64,000 nt of DNA from Tetramitus jugosus (Eukaryota > Protista > Heterolobosea), in contig OW569364.1 in NCBI GenBank assembly GCA_937625935.1, forward strand, positions 1 to 64,000, given 5' to 3'. Position numbers and translations under genes: made by a program. Positions 23,701 to 33,783 of the stretch are shown in pieces. The notes beneath the pieces were generated by a model. It ran no database searches and had not been told where the DNA came from. It saw only the letters and a program-made list of their open reading frames with translations. Position 1 is the stretch's first letter, and each line of letters opens with the position of its first letter.

Positions 23701-23904
23701 TTTGTCATCACATACTTCATCGGCCAATTCTTGAGAGCAAACAAAGATGGGATGTTGTTGCATCATGTCCAGTTGGAAGATTGAGCCATAGTCCTTGGCA
23801 ATATCTGTGAAGCTCTTGATGGGTGCTGAAGGGTCGATCATACGAACATTTCCCAACAGGAAATCACTTGGTGGATGAGGGATAGGTTCCATTTTTTTAT
23901 ACAA
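20740..23904 (-). CDS. Self-sufficient cytochrome P450-NADPH reductase fusion (CYP102/CYP505-like)
   Basis: AGDGLFT, AGHETT, ETLR, PFGNAARACIG heme motif, FMN GSNSGT, RQYSISSS, GTGIAPFRG and C-terminal DVFA. Confidence 0.95.
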   Translation of the reverse strand: MYKKMEPIPHPPSDFLLGNVRMIDPSAPIKSFTDIAKDYGSIFQLDMMQQHPIFVCSQELADEVCDDKRFSKKIGRALNQVRDFAGDGLFTAHSTEPNWAIAHRILMPAFGPKAIQDMFGQMYDIAEQMCVKWERLGGTHVIDIVDNTTRLTLDTLALCAFHYRFNSFYNTDMHPFVTAMSEALAESRSKAHKFKIVDWLMMNTNRIYRENIELMHTIADDLIRERREKPQEINDLLNRMILGVDPISGQSLSDNNIRYQMVTFLIAGHETTSGLLSFALHELVKNPDVLRRAQQEVDDVIGTETINIKHLPKLVYLDQVLKETLRLWPTAPAFSLECHKEEVIGGKYLIKPDDTVFVLLPALHRDPKVWGDDADKFNPDRVSPEKFAALPKNSWKPFGNAARACIGRPFAWQEALLVLGMILQRFDIIDHDPQYELIVKETLTMKPDGLFMRMNTRSSWKNRKQSASNIEHSETAAHEASSPQQHSNVDSKCGPLLVLFGSNSGTCESFAHRLYEDAQSRGYEAKIAHLNAYSGHLPLETPVVIVTASYEGLPTDDAKQFVTGLEQIPGSTLKGVKYAVFGCGHTDWRDTYQRIPTFIDSKLEETGATRLVSRGESNAAQDMFYDFESWRKKLWSELNPASVSEEEPKDSLKVDVIRGVRDTLLRLQNLRSGEILENRELVTSPHILGEVSRSKRHIEVRLPDGMKYREGDYLAVLPVNSMNTVNKVLRQFNLSHDDQVLLQKNRLSQTQVAIPTDVPISVVDLLLNYFELSQPASKHQILTLVNHTDVEQDKMKILDFVGLDKMQTPSVLDILNEFKTCKLTLAEFLEISTPMRVRQYSISSSPLWSGDKCTITVGVLSAPAQHGGMYEGVASNFLAHCLPGMKVSMMVRSSSFKLPADSSKPMIMISAGTGIAPFRGFIQQRAALQQNDQVLGEALLFHGCRDPDQDFLYKEELEQWSQKGVVQLRPVFSRIENTNGVKYVQHRLWECRDEVGALLLKEAHIFVCGEGDHMAPDVKKVLIDIYKEVTSCTQEEAERRMSSMDNRYSVDVFA

Positions 23905-24503
23905 TTGTGTGTTACAAACTATTATTGTCTGTTGTTATAGTTTGGTTGATTGGTTTTGTTGTCTGTTGGTTGTTTCAAACTTCTGTGAGAGCGAAGTCGA
24001 ATCTAATTGTTCATTTCTTATACCTCGCTAACCAAGAGACCGCAGAGGAGATATAAAACCCAAAGAGCCTATTTCATATCTCCATTCCTTGACGGTCGAA
24101 CTTCTGAAGCAGATTGCATCGAAAAACGCCGGAAAGATGCAAAACTCCGTGATTCGGAGTATTCTGAAAGGAGCAAGTGGGAATACTTCTGGCCATATAG
24201 TCCAAAGAAGTTTTGTGCCTTCCAATGGATACCCTTTAAAGTGTCATTATTGGGCATGGACTCTTTTGAAGGTCCTTTAGAAAGCATGTTCGTTTGACCG
24301 ATTGAAATCCTGGCATAACGCCAAAACTACAGCTACTTCCTTCACTGTTTGAGCTCTGCCAATAATGACTCCTTAACATTGAGGGTCTTTGATCTTCAGA
24401 CAACCATTGCTTCCAATGTTTGCTTCATTCTTTTCCTTTCTCCAAAGATTATTTCCCCTAAAAAGCTAAAAAAAAACAGATCATCACCGATTGAACCACC
24501 ACG

Positions 24504-27430
24504 ATGAATGAACATAATGTTGTTGCTGCTGACTTGATCACAATGGCACATGAACAACTCAAGTCACACAAGCACCTATTGTGTGAATCTGCCATCTTTC
24601 TCGATCACAACCAATCAAAGCTTTTTCTTTGGAATCATTCCTTTTCTCTCTTTTTCAAAAATCAAATTGGTGATAGTGTTCATGAGGATGATCAAGATGG
24701 AACCACAATTCTAACCATTCAATCATTGATGCACAATGATGATGATGATGAGTGGTTATCCATTGAACAATTGAATCGCTTACGTTTTTTCCATCAAATG
24801 AAGATTCAATCATTGAAACAACCATCATCGTCATCATCATCTACTATTCCATCGAATCCAACTTTTGGTGTTGACAATGATGATGAAGAAGATGATAATG
24901 ATGATTGGAACAATTGGGAAGATGATGACGAAGATGATGATCACACAAGTAAGAATAAGCATCACAAGAGAATGACCACCAGTAAGCATGACAATCGCTC
25001 AAGCAATATGAATAAGAATGATAATGATCATCATTGTGATGAAATGGAAAAGGCGCTCATGGAACGTCGAGTCGTTTATTTTGTGACTGATTTGTCTCCA
25101 TTGGTTCAACAAGCGATTCACAAGAGCATCTTCATGTATGATTTCCGTAGTGTCACAGTGTTTGTGACTCATTCACCAGAGTATTTGCAATATTATCAAT
25201 CGAATATTGATTCGGATCACATGACTTATTCGTATGTAATCAAAAGCATTACCACTTTTCTTCATTGGTTGTGACAAGTAGGTGTTTAATGACAAATTTG
25301 TTAATGTTTATTGTAGTGATTTGGAGTCCAGTATTCAATCATGGATGTGTGAGAGGTATGGAGTGACATCAGAAGTGAGTGAACAAGAAGAAGCATTTAC
25401 TACGATTCAAGTCAATCATTTTCCTGTGAATTTCGCAAGCATTTCCAATGACATGTTCCTGATTCCTGATTCATCTCACGTGTTTCCTGAGATTGATATT
25501 GGTTTGACTCCGAAATCACCAGAGGATCACCTCAACCGATCAGCCCTAGGGCCTCACTCCACCAACGATCAACAGTATATGCATATGGCAAATTCACTCT
25601 TTAATGTGTTGAGTGCAATGCATCTGAGTGCTGATTTGTATGCTCTGGGAAGAAGCTCAGATTACATTGCTGATCACTTGAACCAGTTGGTGAGTCAAGC
25701 AGATGTTCAATCGTCCTCTGCTCAAAAATCCTGTCTCTTTCTGATTGATCGCACACTGGACTTGGTCTCTCCAATGATCCATTCTGACAATATTATCGAT
25801 AAGATGATACAATTGACAGATGAGAGAGGGGTTGAGTTTAGCATTGGAGAAAAACTCAAGAACAAGATTTTCAACGATGCAGTGGCAGCAACCGTCAAGA
25901 CGAATCAGTTCATTCATAGCAACAATCCTCATATTATATCGACGATTCAAACATTACTGAATAACTCTTCAAAGGACGTTTATTCAGTGTTGATTGGTCA
26001 ACTAACGAGTCTGATTCCGCGAGCTGATTTACAAACGATATCCTATACCACTAAGCCAAAGGAGAAGCAAATTCAAATTTTACTCGATTTCCTATTGGAT
26101 AAGCATCCATCGATTGTGCTTCAGAATATGGAATATGTACAGTTTTTGTCAGTGCTCAATGAAATTATTAATGGTCCAAACAATTATTCATCGAGCACCG
26201 AACAAGTTATATTAATGGAGGCGCCACAACACGCATTAGTTCCAATTTTGGAGCTCATCTCTAGGGGAAACACTAGCCTCAGAGAAATTGTCAAATTACT
26301 CATCCTTTCGTACTCGTATCTCCCAATGAATGCCACTGACTTGCAAGAGGATGACATTCGAAATAACCTTCACCAGGCAATTGTGGAAAAGACCCTTAGC
26401 ATTGTAGACTCTGGATTATTTGACAATACTTTTATTGAACTCTTAGACCGGACTGATACTTTGCCAAAGGTACAAAAGAATCAAAACATTCGAGAAGTTC
26501 GACCAGTTCAACCAAACAAAGGCAACAAAAAGCCTCAAGTGACCCATGATGACAGTGACGAAGATTGGGGTGACATCCCAAGTAGCGATGAAGATGAAGA
26601 AGAGGAGGATGAGGATGAGGATGATGAATTCTCAAACTTCGATCCTTTTGCTGAGAAAAAGAGCAAGAAAGACAACAAGCCTAAACAGATTAAGAAGGAG
26701 GAAAGCGAAGATGAATCCGAAGAGGATGATGACTGGAATAATGATTGGGACGATAATGATGAGCACGGTAAAACAAGTACGAACACGAAGGTGTCACCAT
26801 CCAAAACGTCAATCGTACAACATCACTCCAACCCCGATGATATCGTTCGCATCAATCATCAGGTACATTTTGTGATTGAACGAATATTTACTCAACTTCA
26901 TTTACTGCAAGAACAGAGAAGAAGTTTGAGCACCTTTAGGTATGTATTGCATTTTGACCTTTATACCATATTCACGGATGCTAACTAAGACTCTACTCAA
27001 TAGACACCTCTCTGTCGAAGAAATTGATAGTACTTATGTAGCGCTGTCTGGGTACAATAACAAATGTGCAGCATTAGACAAGGAAACATCCTATGAGCCA
27101 CTACTGAAACAATTTATTGCTCAATTATCAGACGAAAATCATAATGCATCCATACCTGATATTAAGCACCACAAATCCCTGCTCAAAAATCTGTTTGGTC
27201 GACTTCTTTTCCAATCAAAACGGAAACTGATTTCTGAAGATTGTCAATCAATTATCTTGTTCGTTGTAGGTGGTGTGACAGCAGCAGAAGTGTGTGATAT
27301 GCGAAAGGTGATATCATACCATAACCAAGTTGCTGGCGAAGAATCACCATTCTATGGTAAATCTGTTCTCATTGGCAGCACCAACTTTATTAATTCCAAC
27401 AAGATTTATGAGCAAGTATTGATAGAGTAA
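24504..27430 (+). CDS. Sec1/Munc18-fold protein, SCFD2-like; introns 25232-25316 and 26940-27003
   Basis: LIDRTLDLVSP and ILFVVGGVTAAEV...VLIGST motifs; in-frame GTATGT...AG introns. Confidence 0.75.
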
Positions 27431-27473
27431 AGCGAATGTACTATTTAATATTGTATGATGAATGTGAGTTGAA

Positions 27474-28400
27474 TTACTTTTGCTTTTTGGCTGATTCAAC
27501 TTTGCCTGCGACTGCCATGCCGCCTGGAGGCTCATTGGATGTTCCATGTATCCAAGGGAACACACCTAGATGCCACTCCAAACGAACACGATCCTGGTGC
27601 GCTTTCCCTGAGAAGACGTCACTGTCATAGTAAAATGAGAACATACTCATGTACATTCCACAGTAAGCTGCCAAACCAGTAAAGAAGTGCCACCACGCAT
27701 GAAGTTTCAATGGTTCAAAGCACAGAGTTCTCTCCACTAACCACATGCCAAATCCTGTGAGTCCAAAGATGAAGATACCCTTCAACAGTGTAAGTTTCTT
27801 TGCCGTGTAACTCCTTGATTCCTCCTCCGTGATCATCTTGGCGACATGAGAATTGTGATAGAATGTCTTGTAAACACAGTAGAACGCCAGAGAGAATGTA
27901 ACGACACCAAACACTGTTCTGAATTTGAGTGGATTCGTTTGGTCGTACAACATCATAATCAAGCACATCAACGCGGCAGTCAACGCAAGGGTCAACTTTC
28001 TAAATGTTTCATAGGATATTGTTCGACGGTTAGAAGTCGAGGATGACTCTACAGCTGGCTGTGCATCATTCAACAAAATGTAAACATTGATAATGATGCC
28101 GACATTCATTGACAACTCATCCAATATTTGATGCTCACGCGACAGAGTCGCATGAAACAGAAAGGTGCCGATTCCAACGACTAACAACCCCAACGAGTTC
28201 ATGATAAACCTAGGTCTCACATAATCAATGACTCGCTTTCTCTGTAGCTGATACGCATTGAACAAGTATAACATGGCAAAAATCAGGTACAGTATTGCGG
28301 ACCATGTGTTAAACTGTTCGGCAACGTATTTTAGAACAGGTGTATTCGGATAGAGATAATTAGGTTCACACCAATCTACAGAGCTAGTCACGGGTCTCAT
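27474..28400 (-). CDS. Alkaline ceramidase (CREST family)
   Basis: VDWCEPNY, EQFNTWS, VGIGTFLFHATL, LDELSM and LHAWWH motifs; ATG at 28400. Confidence 0.9.
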   Translation of the reverse strand: MRPVTSSVDWCEPNYLYPNTPVLKYVAEQFNTWSAILYLIFAMLYLFNAYQLQRKRVIDYVRPRFIMNSLGLLVVGIGTFLFHATLSREHQILDELSMNVGIIINVYILLNDAQPAVESSSTSNRRTISYETFRKLTLALTAALMCLIMMLYDQTNPLKFRTVFGVVTFSLAFYCVYKTFYHNSHVAKMITEEESRSYTAKKLTLLKGIFIFGLTGFGMWLVERTLCFEPLKLHAWWHFFTGLAAYCGMYMSMFSFYYDSDVFSGKAHQDRVRLEWHLGVFPWIHGTSNEPPGGMAVAGKVESAKKQK

Positions 28401-28816
28401 GATTATTGATAATGGGGATGAAAGTATATTGGAACGATTGTGTGTACAACAGGTGTGAAGGCTTAACTTGGCTATAGGTTGGTTGAGTTTGTTTTGGAAA
28501 GAAAAAGAAACAAAGGGTACTGACAAGTCGAGCTCCACTTTGTTGAATGAGGAAGGATTCTGTTATCGGTTAGTAGGAAATTGAATCGTTATTCTAGAGA
28601 TGCGATTCTATTTCCATCAAGGTCACACTCAATTTCTGGTTCCTTTCTCCATGAGAGAGATTCATTGTATCTTGTGTCTCTGTCCATCATCCCGACGTCG
28701 GAACTTGCCCGTCGCAGAAACAGCAACAAAAACATTGATCAAAGAGAGAAGAGATTTCATCATCAAAATAGCTTTTTCTTATCTCCCCCCATAACAACAA
28801 GTAAAATACAAAAAAA

Positions 28817-30030
28817 ATGCAACAACGATCTTCATCCACAACGCCTCCACCATCCACAACAGGAGGTCCCACCATACCTTCCTCATCCAATAACAACAAT
28901 AGTAGTAGTAATAGTACCACACCTCCACCATCACAGTTATCAACCAATACATCACAATCAAATAGCATGGCAGCTTCACCTCAAATGCAAGAACGATTTT
29001 ATCAATTATTGGGTGAACTCTTAATTTCTGACAAGAGAGAGAGTGCACTCGCAGAACTAAGTAAAAAAAGAGACTTGTTTGTCAATGTAGCACCCATCCT
29101 ATGGCACAGCACTGGAGCTGTCACTGTTTTAATTGAGGTACGGTACCAACCACGCTCTACTTTTTTTTTCCTCTCCAATCATTTTTTTTTATTGTTTGAA
29201 ATTGGAGCTCTAAAACAGTCATTCTTTTTTTTTTAACATTTTGTGTGCCAATCAACCATGATTAGGAAGTGGTGAGTGTGTACGATCTATTGACACCCAC
29301 TGGTCTCAGTGGTGCCAAATCCAATCGTGTCTGTCACTCACTCGCTCTCCTCCAATGCCTCGCCACTCATCCAGAAACAAGATCACTGTTTCTCAATTCA
29401 CACATTCCCCTGTTTCTCTATCCATTCTTGAACACGGTAACGAAAAACAAGTCATTTGAATTCTTGAGACTGACATCACTCGGAGTGATTGGTGCACTGG
29501 TAAAGTCGGATGATCCAGAAGTCATATCGTTTCTGTTGAGCACTGAAATTATTCCACTGTGTTTGCGCATTATGGAAACGGGGAGTGAACTGAGCAAAAC
29601 AGTGGCCACTTTTATTGTACAAAAAATTCTCTTGTTCGATGTCGGATTGAACTACATTTGTCAAACAGCAGATCGTTTCTATGCTGTGAGTCAAGTGTTG
29701 GCCAATATGACCAATGACAATCCTTCACCAAGACTGTTGAAACACATTATACGATGTTATTTACGATTGGCTGATCATGCACGTGCGAGAGAAGCACTGA
29801 GAGGCTGTATTCCATTGAGTTTGCGTGATAATACGTTTGAGGAGGCGTTCAAGGAGGATGAGGTCATGAGGAGGTGGCTCATACAGCTGTTGACAGCACT
29901 AGGAGGCTTTGATCTCAATTTCCAAGGTGTGCATCAAGTGTATGGCGGTGGTGCAAGTGCTGGTGGTGTTGTTCCACCACAAGTGAATACTGCTGGTGGT
30001 GGTAGTGGAGGACAAGGCATCAAGTACTAA
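28817..30030 (+). CDS. CNOT9: CCR4-NOT subunit 9 (Rcd1/Caf40); intron 29138-29265
   Basis: [40 protein letters not shown] and [13 protein letters not shown]. Confidence 0.96.
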
Positions 30031-30284
30031 GAATAAGTTGTTTTATGTGTGTGAATATCACAAAGATTCATGATCAAAGAACAACAGCAACAACAACAAG
30101 AATAAAACATTCAATTTTCCAAAGAAACAACAGCATTTGGGGATCAATTGTAGATGTTCATCCACCGACGCGCCAGATGCGGGGTAAACAAAAAACACAC
30201 AATTTCTTGTTGTTGTGTGAAGAGAGAAACAAAAAAAAACAATCGATCAACAAACACCCTTAACAACCAACAACAAAAAAAAAG

Positions 30285-30806
30285 ATGGATAGACAACCTT
30301 GTCCAGAGAGAATATATGATGATTTAGGCATTGGTTTCACCATGGGTTGCGTCATGGGTGGCATTTTTCATTTATTGAAGGGTTCAAAGAACGCACCACG
30401 TGGTGAAAGATTGAGAGGAGGTTTCGAAGCAATGAGACAGAGAGGTCCAGTCATTGGTGGTAATTTTGCTGTTTGGGGTGGTCTTTTTTCTTCATTCGAA
30501 TGTTTGCTCATGAAAATGAAGGGAACAGAAAAGGAGGACATGACGATTGCAGTGACCAGTGGTGCACTGACGGGTGGTGTTCTTGCGATTCGTGGTGGAA
30601 CAGGTGCCGTCGTGAGGAATGCCTTGTTTGGTGGTCTATTTTTGGCGTTGATTGAAGGATGCTCAAAGGGTTTGACTGCATTCATGATGAAACAGCAAAT
30701 GGACATGGCAAGGAAGGCCAATCAATTACCAAGTGTGCCAAGTGATGGTGAGCCCATGTATAGAATAATGGACATTGAGAAGGAATTTGATTTTGTTCCT
30801 CAGTAA
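30285..30806 (+). CDS. TIM17: Mitochondrial inner-membrane translocase Tim17
   Basis: R.PCP.RI.DD.G..F.MG, GGNFAVWGGLFS and SGALTGGVLAIR. Confidence 0.92.
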   Translation: MDRQPCPERIYDDLGIGFTMGCVMGGIFHLLKGSKNAPRGERLRGGFEAMRQRGPVIGGNFAVWGGLFSSFECLLMKMKGTEKEDMTIAVTSGALTGGVLAIRGGTGAVVRNALFGGLFLALIEGCSKGLTAFMMKQQMDMARKANQLPSVPSDGEPMYRIMDIEKEFDFVPQ

Positions 30807-31039
30807 TCAATTCATTCGTGTGTGTGACGACTCTTTTTTTTGCGAGTACATCTCCTTCACACGCATGCGACGAGTGAAATGCGCATCATGAATTCGGAGC
30901 CTTTGATGATTTCAGTTGAAGGCCAAACCCCTCCACGCTCTTCTCAAGAGCAAAAGACTCCTCTCTCCCTCTTTATAACCACAATAAACAACTACTACGA
31001 GAATAACACGTATTCTTCCATTGACTTTCAGATCACTTT

Positions 31040-32647
31040 TTATTCAGACTTGATCAGTTTGGCAATGAATAAGCCGCTGGTGTTGGTACTGACGGGGTCG
31101 AACCGCACAGTGTTTTTCACTGATCCCATTCGACATTTCACCAGATTCATATCCACGAGTGTGTCTTGGAATGGATGCACTAGTTGTGCAGATTTACCTT
31201 CAGATGTCTCATTTAAGAACCATTGAATGACTTGCTCATTCTGTTCGATTGTGAAGCTGCATGTGCTGTAGACAAGAGTACCACCTGGTCGCAATAAACG
31301 ATAAGAGTTGCACAGCAAGGATCGCTGCAGAGTCGTAATCTCACTCATTCGCTCCTCATTAAAGTATTTTGAGTGATACTTGTCCCAGCCTTCCTCCACC
31401 ATCTTAATAATGTGTTTTACGGAGCCATCTGTTGTGCACTCGGCATCCACAATAATCTTATCAAACAACCGTCTATTCGTACTGTTGTTGGATTCGGTGT
31501 CTGTTGGTTGAGTGGTTGGAATTTGGTCCATGGCTGGTTGTATATTGTCGTTGGCAACAACAACAGGTGCCTCTGATTCGTTACTGGGAGAGCTGTTTGT
31601 TGTCGGGTGATAATCCTGGTTGTTGTTTCTGGTTTTGGCCTTGGATTTCTCTTCCTGTATTCGCAATTCTTGCCAACTGCCTCCCGTTTCATAAAATATC
31701 AATCCATTGTTACCAATGGAGCTCGGAAGTGTCAAGCTTTCACACTTGCCTTCCTTCTCATGTCTCTCCAAATGACCTTGCTGTTCTTGTAACCATTTTG
31801 TTAAGCATCTCTTGAGTTTACGCCCAGGCATTCGTTCAGGAGATGGAATTTGAGGTGTCAGAGAAAATTGTGTTCCATCAACCAACACAAGTCGCGTATG
31901 CCTTGTTTTGTACTTTTTGAGCAAATTTTTGCAAGTATTCAACCGATCAATACTCACATCGGCTCCAGTCACATAGAACGAGGAGTTCTCTTCTGTTTGA
32001 TTGCTCTCAGGAGCATCAGCAGACACCAACAGCTTTTCCTTGAGTGAAATGTAGTCTGATAGGAAACAGAGCTTTGCACCAGGGGCACAACACATGTCCA
32101 ATACATTGTCCTTTGGGCTTGGATCCAGTGCAAATACAGCCATCGCAGAGCTAATGTCCAATCCATAGAGATGGCCTTGCTTGTACAGGGGAAGATGAGC
32201 AATTTTGAGGTGATTTGGCAATTGATAGAAATGAAAGCTTTTGGGTAGCCAAGAAACAGGCTCAATGTTTAGCAGGGCATTGACTTCTTCTTGTTGTGTT
32301 TTTTGCTTCTTTTTTGGTGGTTCTTCTCCTTCGTTGGATGTAGAAGTCAGCCGCAGAACATCAGACTCATTGTCGGCAACAACATCAGTCTTGTTTTCTG
32401 TAGTGGGACATTTTACCGCCAATAATTGTTCAACCAATTCAGTGAACATCGGAGATTTTAAGCGAATAAATCGTGGAATAGATGAAGCACAGTGATACAT
32501 GTCGGGACTGATACCATTTTTCTCACAGAATTGGATAAATCCTAATGGAAGTGTGGTTGCTGCCTGACTTGTTGATAATGTTTGTGGTGTTTCATTTTCT
32601 GTTTTTGATTCCATTTTTTGTGTGAAATTTTTTGTTTTTTGATTCAT
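31040..32647 (-). CDS. NOL1/NOP2/Sun (RsmB/NSUN) RNA m5C methyltransferase
   Basis: VLDMCCAPGAK, FDKIIVDAEC and LVYSTCS..EQNE motifs. Confidence 0.9.
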   Translation of the reverse strand: MNQKTKNFTQKMESKTENETPQTLSTSQAATTLPLGFIQFCEKNGISPDMYHCASSIPRFIRLKSPMFTELVEQLLAVKCPTTENKTDVVADNESDVLRLTSTSNEGEEPPKKKQKTQQEEVNALLNIEPVSWLPKSFHFYQLPNHLKIAHLPLYKQGHLYGLDISSAMAVFALDPSPKDNVLDMCCAPGAKLCFLSDYISLKEKLLVSADAPESNQTEENSSFYVTGADVSIDRLNTCKNLLKKYKTRHTRLVLVDGTQFSLTPQIPSPERMPGRKLKRCLTKWLQEQQGHLERHEKEGKCESLTLPSSIGNNGLIFYETGGSWQELRIQEEKSKAKTRNNNQDYHPTTNSSPSNESEAPVVVANDNIQPAMDQIPTTQPTDTESNNSTNRRLFDKIIVDAECTTDGSVKHIIKMVEEGWDKYHSKYFNEERMSEITTLQRSLLCNSYRLLRPGGTLVYSTCSFTIEQNEQVIQWFLNETSEGKSAQLVHPFQDTLVDMNLVKCRMGSVKNTVRFDPVSTNTSGLFIAKLIKSE

Positions 32648-32683
32648 TTTCCGACTCCGATAATTGAAGTTCTTTCGTTTGTC

Positions 32684-33614
32684 TCATTGTATTTGTTTTT
32701 GGAGAATGGAGAAGAGTTCTCCCACTTTGGCATGCAACAGATGTGACTCTTCGGTTCGTGCTCGTTTGTTGCGCATAATTTCTTGATTCAAACTCTGGAT
32801 CATTCTCTCCGCATCTTTCATATTGTCCTTTAACAATTCAATTTCTTGATATTTGCTGTTCAATAGCTTTCTCAATCGCTCAATCTCTTCCTGTTCAATA
32901 CTTTGGTATGGGGATGTGGGTGAGTTGATCGCAGATGATTCCATGGAAGGAGGAAACATCATGTAATGACCAGCGTTGGACGCGTCATCCTCAACTTCAT
33001 TTCTCATGGATGCATGATGCTCCTCCCTCAGCTCATTGGTTTCTACTTCATTGACACTTTCATTCTCTAATTCTTTGAACGAGTGACCACCATTGTAGAG
33101 CGGTGTAGAAGCTGGAGTTGAAATTTTGTGATTGGACTGAGGCTCGTCAGATTCCATGTAGTTCTTCAGCAGGTTCTTGATCGGTTCGGACCTTGTAAGT
33201 TCATGAGGCCTTCTCCACCACTACACATCATCGAATCATGAGCAAATATTTGTAACAAAATACGAGCAATTTAGACTACTTACGTTATCTGTCATTGTGG
33301 GATCTGCTCCTGCTTCTAACAGATACTTTACAATGTCCAACTGATCGTAGACACAAGCACAATGAAGTGCAGTTCCTCCATCCTACGTAAAAATACAAAG
33401 ATTGTCAGTATGAGCAGTAGATAGAGCTTGACGAAAGCAATGTGGAAAAACGACGTACGTCTGGGAACTTGTATTGAACGTTCGTTGAATTAATATATTG
33501 TCTCACGAGGTGCAAATGGCCCTTCCTTATTGCCAAAATTTTGTCTTTATCAGATGCACCCCTGATTTTAGAGTCTCTCATAGAAGAGGGAAGACTGCTC
33601 TTTTTTCCGATCAT
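32684..33614 (-). CDS. Ankyrin-repeat protein with C-terminal coiled coil (three exons)
   Basis: Middle exon GGTALHCACVYDQLDIVKYLLEAGADP flanked by GT-AG introns; it joins the frames of ORFs 33405-33671 and 32684-33157. Confidence 0.75.
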
Positions 33615-33783
33615 GACGCCATTGTTTTTTTTCTGTAAGTCGCACCGGTAAAAAATCGTGCGGAAGGACAAAAAACCAGAATTTTGTGGAAATCACATTA
33701 CCTGAAAAGTCCTCTCATTTTTTTCCGGGCCTGGAAAATGTGGAACACAAACAAGAACAAAAGAAAGATAACACAAGAAGCAC

